The notes beneath the pieces are model-generated. The model did not search any database. It was not told the origin of the DNA and saw only the letters and a program-made list of their open reading frames with translations. From Choristocarpus tenellus KU-1152 (taxonomy: Eukaryota > Protista > Phaeophyceae): DNA of 33,633 bases. Below, piece after piece: positions 31,027 through 33,633 of the stretch. The first letter of the stretch is position 1; each line of letters opens with the position of its first letter. The position numbers and the translations under genes were made by a program. Where the stretch lies: NCBI GenBank assembly GCA_964200185.2, contig CAXNAD020000060.1:1-33633 (forward strand), in the 5' to 3' direction.

Positions 31027-32161
31027 ATGGGAAACACCCCACCAGCCCCACTACCGCCTTCGGGGGAGAGGGTCCTCAAGTGCACCGAGTTGTTCATGCG
31101 TGAGAAATCATCACATTACCTAGCACGTTACAGATACCGGGTTTGCAAAAAGGATGCACAAATCCCTCTTACAATGTCTGCAGGAGAAATACTAATTTCC
31201 TCTTTCCTATGCCTCCTATATGCACCGCAGTCAAGAAAGAGGATCTGGAAGGGTTGTGGGGTATTTTCAGGCGGTTCGACCTAAAGTGAGTGTAGGATAA
31301 GCAGCGAAGATGATTCATTGCATACCAATTCGTGCATCTATTTGACCTTGCCTTAATCCAACATTTTTTCTCGTTCAAGAGGGGACTATTGCTCCTTGGT
31401 AGGATGAGATAACAAAGATTAGAATGCTTGCAAGGATAAGCCGAGAACTCTTGACACTTGAAAGTATTGCAAGGACCTGTTCCCTACCTTGGCGTGCCAT
31501 TGGAGTTGAAGGTGCAAGTACTGTGGCCTAGGATGCATTGAACAAAGGAAACGTGAGGCACAACAGAGAAACCTGCGCATTGGGCAATTGTTCTTTGCAC
31601 GCCATCCGTCCTAACGTTTTCAAGTTATAGCATCAATGCTACCCATGCAGCAAGCATTTCATGACATTCAACACCTGAGGATACGACACATTAGTTATGC
31701 TGTGCTGAACCCCACTTCAATTCTTGAAATTTTCACGACTCAGGCGAGAGGGCCAAATCACAAAGGAGACATTCTTTAAGCGAATCATCAAGGAGGATAG
31801 GAATGACTTCGGGGATGCCATATTCTACTTGATTGATGCAGAGAATGAAGAGGAGGGTGTTGAGTTTGGGTGAGCTGACAGAGGAGTCATACGCACTTTC
31901 TTGCTGTGGAAAGGTATGACTTGCAACAGTTTGGAATAGTTGGTGCTTGCTTGGTTGATTTGCCATGTAGGGTCGAAGTAGTCATCTGCTGAGTTGTTGA
32001 TGACCACACCTCAATGGACTTGACTGGGCAGTGAATTTGTTCAGGCGGTGTGCACCTTCTGCTGCCTCTCAGCAAGCGAGATGCTGAAATTCTCATTTCT
32101 GGTGTATGACAAAGATCGCTCTGGACACTTGGAGACGGAGGAGTTGCACCAGTTTATCAAA
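31027..32161 (+). CDS. Calcineurin-B-like / NCS-type EF-hand calcium-binding protein, first 4 exons (3'-partial)
   Basis: Exons 31027-31099, 31231-31285, 31744-31869, 32032-32161, in phase: MGNTPPAPLPPSGERVLKCTELFMLKKEDLEGLWGIFRRFDLKREGQITKETFFKRIIKEDRNDFGDAIFYLIDAENEEEGVEFGEFVQAVCTFCCLSASEMLKFSFLVYDKDRSGHLETEELHQFIK. Canonical EF loop DKDRSGHLETEE and an MG N-terminus. GTGAGA donor at 32162, with no downstream exon recognised in the window. Confidence 0.87.
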
Positions 32162-33633
32162 GTGAGATCAAAGTGATTATCCTTCTGGAATACAAAACTC
32201 AAGTGAGAAGTAGACCATCCACTGTAAATGACTGTATATGAGTCTGGGGTATGTTACTCTCATGACTAGAGCATTGAGTGGAGTCCTTCCACATTGGAGA
32301 AGTGGATCATTTTCATAAAAGCCTACTGATAATGGCTGTCAGGAACCAACATCATTCACCTTTCTCTTACAGTGTACAAAAAAATGGTCCCCAAAAATGG
32401 CAAGTATGGGCATACACTGCAATTTATCTCAAGCTATACCTTGTTAATTTGTATTCTAATCGTTGATTTAGCATCAAGGACCAAGTGCCATGTATGAGTG
32501 TAATGTTTGTCATATCAGACAAGTCATTCAAGAGACAAAATTTCTTGTTTTCATGGATGTTCAACAAATAGCAATGTTGAACATAGAGTGTTATACATTT
32601 ATGTTTGAAGTTTGGAATATGTTTTAGATCTAAGGAGAAATCTCCTCTATTGAATGGCTTGACCAACATAGCAAACACTACAAGATCATAGGTACTTGCT
32701 TCTTGATGCTACTTCATGAGTCAGGATAAAAATAAACCACATATAGCATGAGTAAAACTGAACCTCGTATTCATAATTGTTGGGGACCAAACTTCCTTTT
32801 TCCTGTAAGAGATGGCCTTAGTGAGTGTTAGACTTTGAAAAGATGAAGACTGGTTGCAAATTCGATGTTCAATTACCCTGTTCATTTTGGGGCTTAGCTC
32901 AATCCTGCTTCATTATGACCAAAGAAATATAATAGATAGGATTTGGCACAAAATAATTACTTGTTGCTGTGTTCAACACTAATGGATACTGCAGCACAAA
33001 GATAGTAGTTATTGATAGAAATAAAGAAGTGGATATTTATCATTATGCTCGGATACCCCCAACCATTTTGCCAAACAATGTTTATGGGGTGGGTGGTGCA
33101 GAGTGGGATTTGTTTTTACGACATCTGCAAGACCCTGTGGCCTGTGATGCGCTCACCAGTTAAGAATTCCCTCTTGGCCACTTCCAAGGTTCAATTCATG
33201 CACGGACTTCACAGATACACATCCACATTTAGGCAGGTCATCTTCTTCTGCACAGACAGGCACAGAACCACCCTGACACAGTCCAACCCTGCTATCCAGG
33301 CACAGTCAACTGCTGTTCCTTTCCTCTTTTTGCTACCTGGTAGATTCTCCTCTTCTTTCCTCAGACAACCCCCCTCCTCTGTCTTTCCTCCAGTGCTGCT
33401 GGAATACTGTAGCTGCTAACAGGCAAATCTTCTCCTCCCCCTCCCTAGCATAGTCGCCCTGGGTTTACCCAGGCACACCTCCTTGTGTTGCCTTTCCTCC
33501 TGGTGCTACTAGAGCACCATGGCTACGAACTGGCAAAACCTCCCCTCTTCCCCCCCCCCCTACACCCCCTCTCCCCCATACCGATACACAGGGCCCATAC
33601 CTTCTTGTTTGGCCGGGAGTTTTTGCCTGTGAG

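Noticed and set aside
31169-32096. Apparent minus-strand multi-exon gene from ORFs 31169-31378, 31733-31966, 31825-32007 and 31887-32096
   Set aside because: I could not splice these in phase, whereas the + strand gives a coherent EF-hand protein over the same bases.
32969-33419. ORFs as candidate continuation of the EF-hand gene
   Set aside because: No fourth EF-hand or fitting phase-0 exon was recognised; probably intronic or repeat-derived.

Overview
Intron-rich eukaryotic genomic DNA with GT-AG introns; a stramenopile or brown-alga-like origin is my inference, not shown. The ORF track is mostly exon fragments and antisense noise, so I spliced the genes by hand, checking splice sites and phase. 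Five protein-coding genes result: (1) a 21-exon trehalose-6-phosphate synthase/phosphatase fusion (+, 4233-16332, about 975 aa); (2) a 6-exon RD/RS-rich RSRC1-like protein with an SMN/SPF30-type Tudor domain (-, 23339-16534, about 739 aa), whose 3.8-kb third intron holds a decayed mariner transposase; (3) a 5-exon signal peptidase I (+, about 24263-25992); (4) a small 5-exon ubiquitin-like-fold protein (-, 30858-29227); (5) a calcineurin-B-like EF-hand protein (+, from 31027, 3' end not found). The best leads are the RSRC1-like/Tudor fusion with competing splice donors, substitutions at substrate-binding positions in both TPS/TPP domains, CpG-island-like 5' ends against CpG-depleted introns, and a 168-bp head-to-head gene pair. 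I found no prokaryote-type system (CRISPR, operon) and cannot claim a clearly new system from sequence alone.
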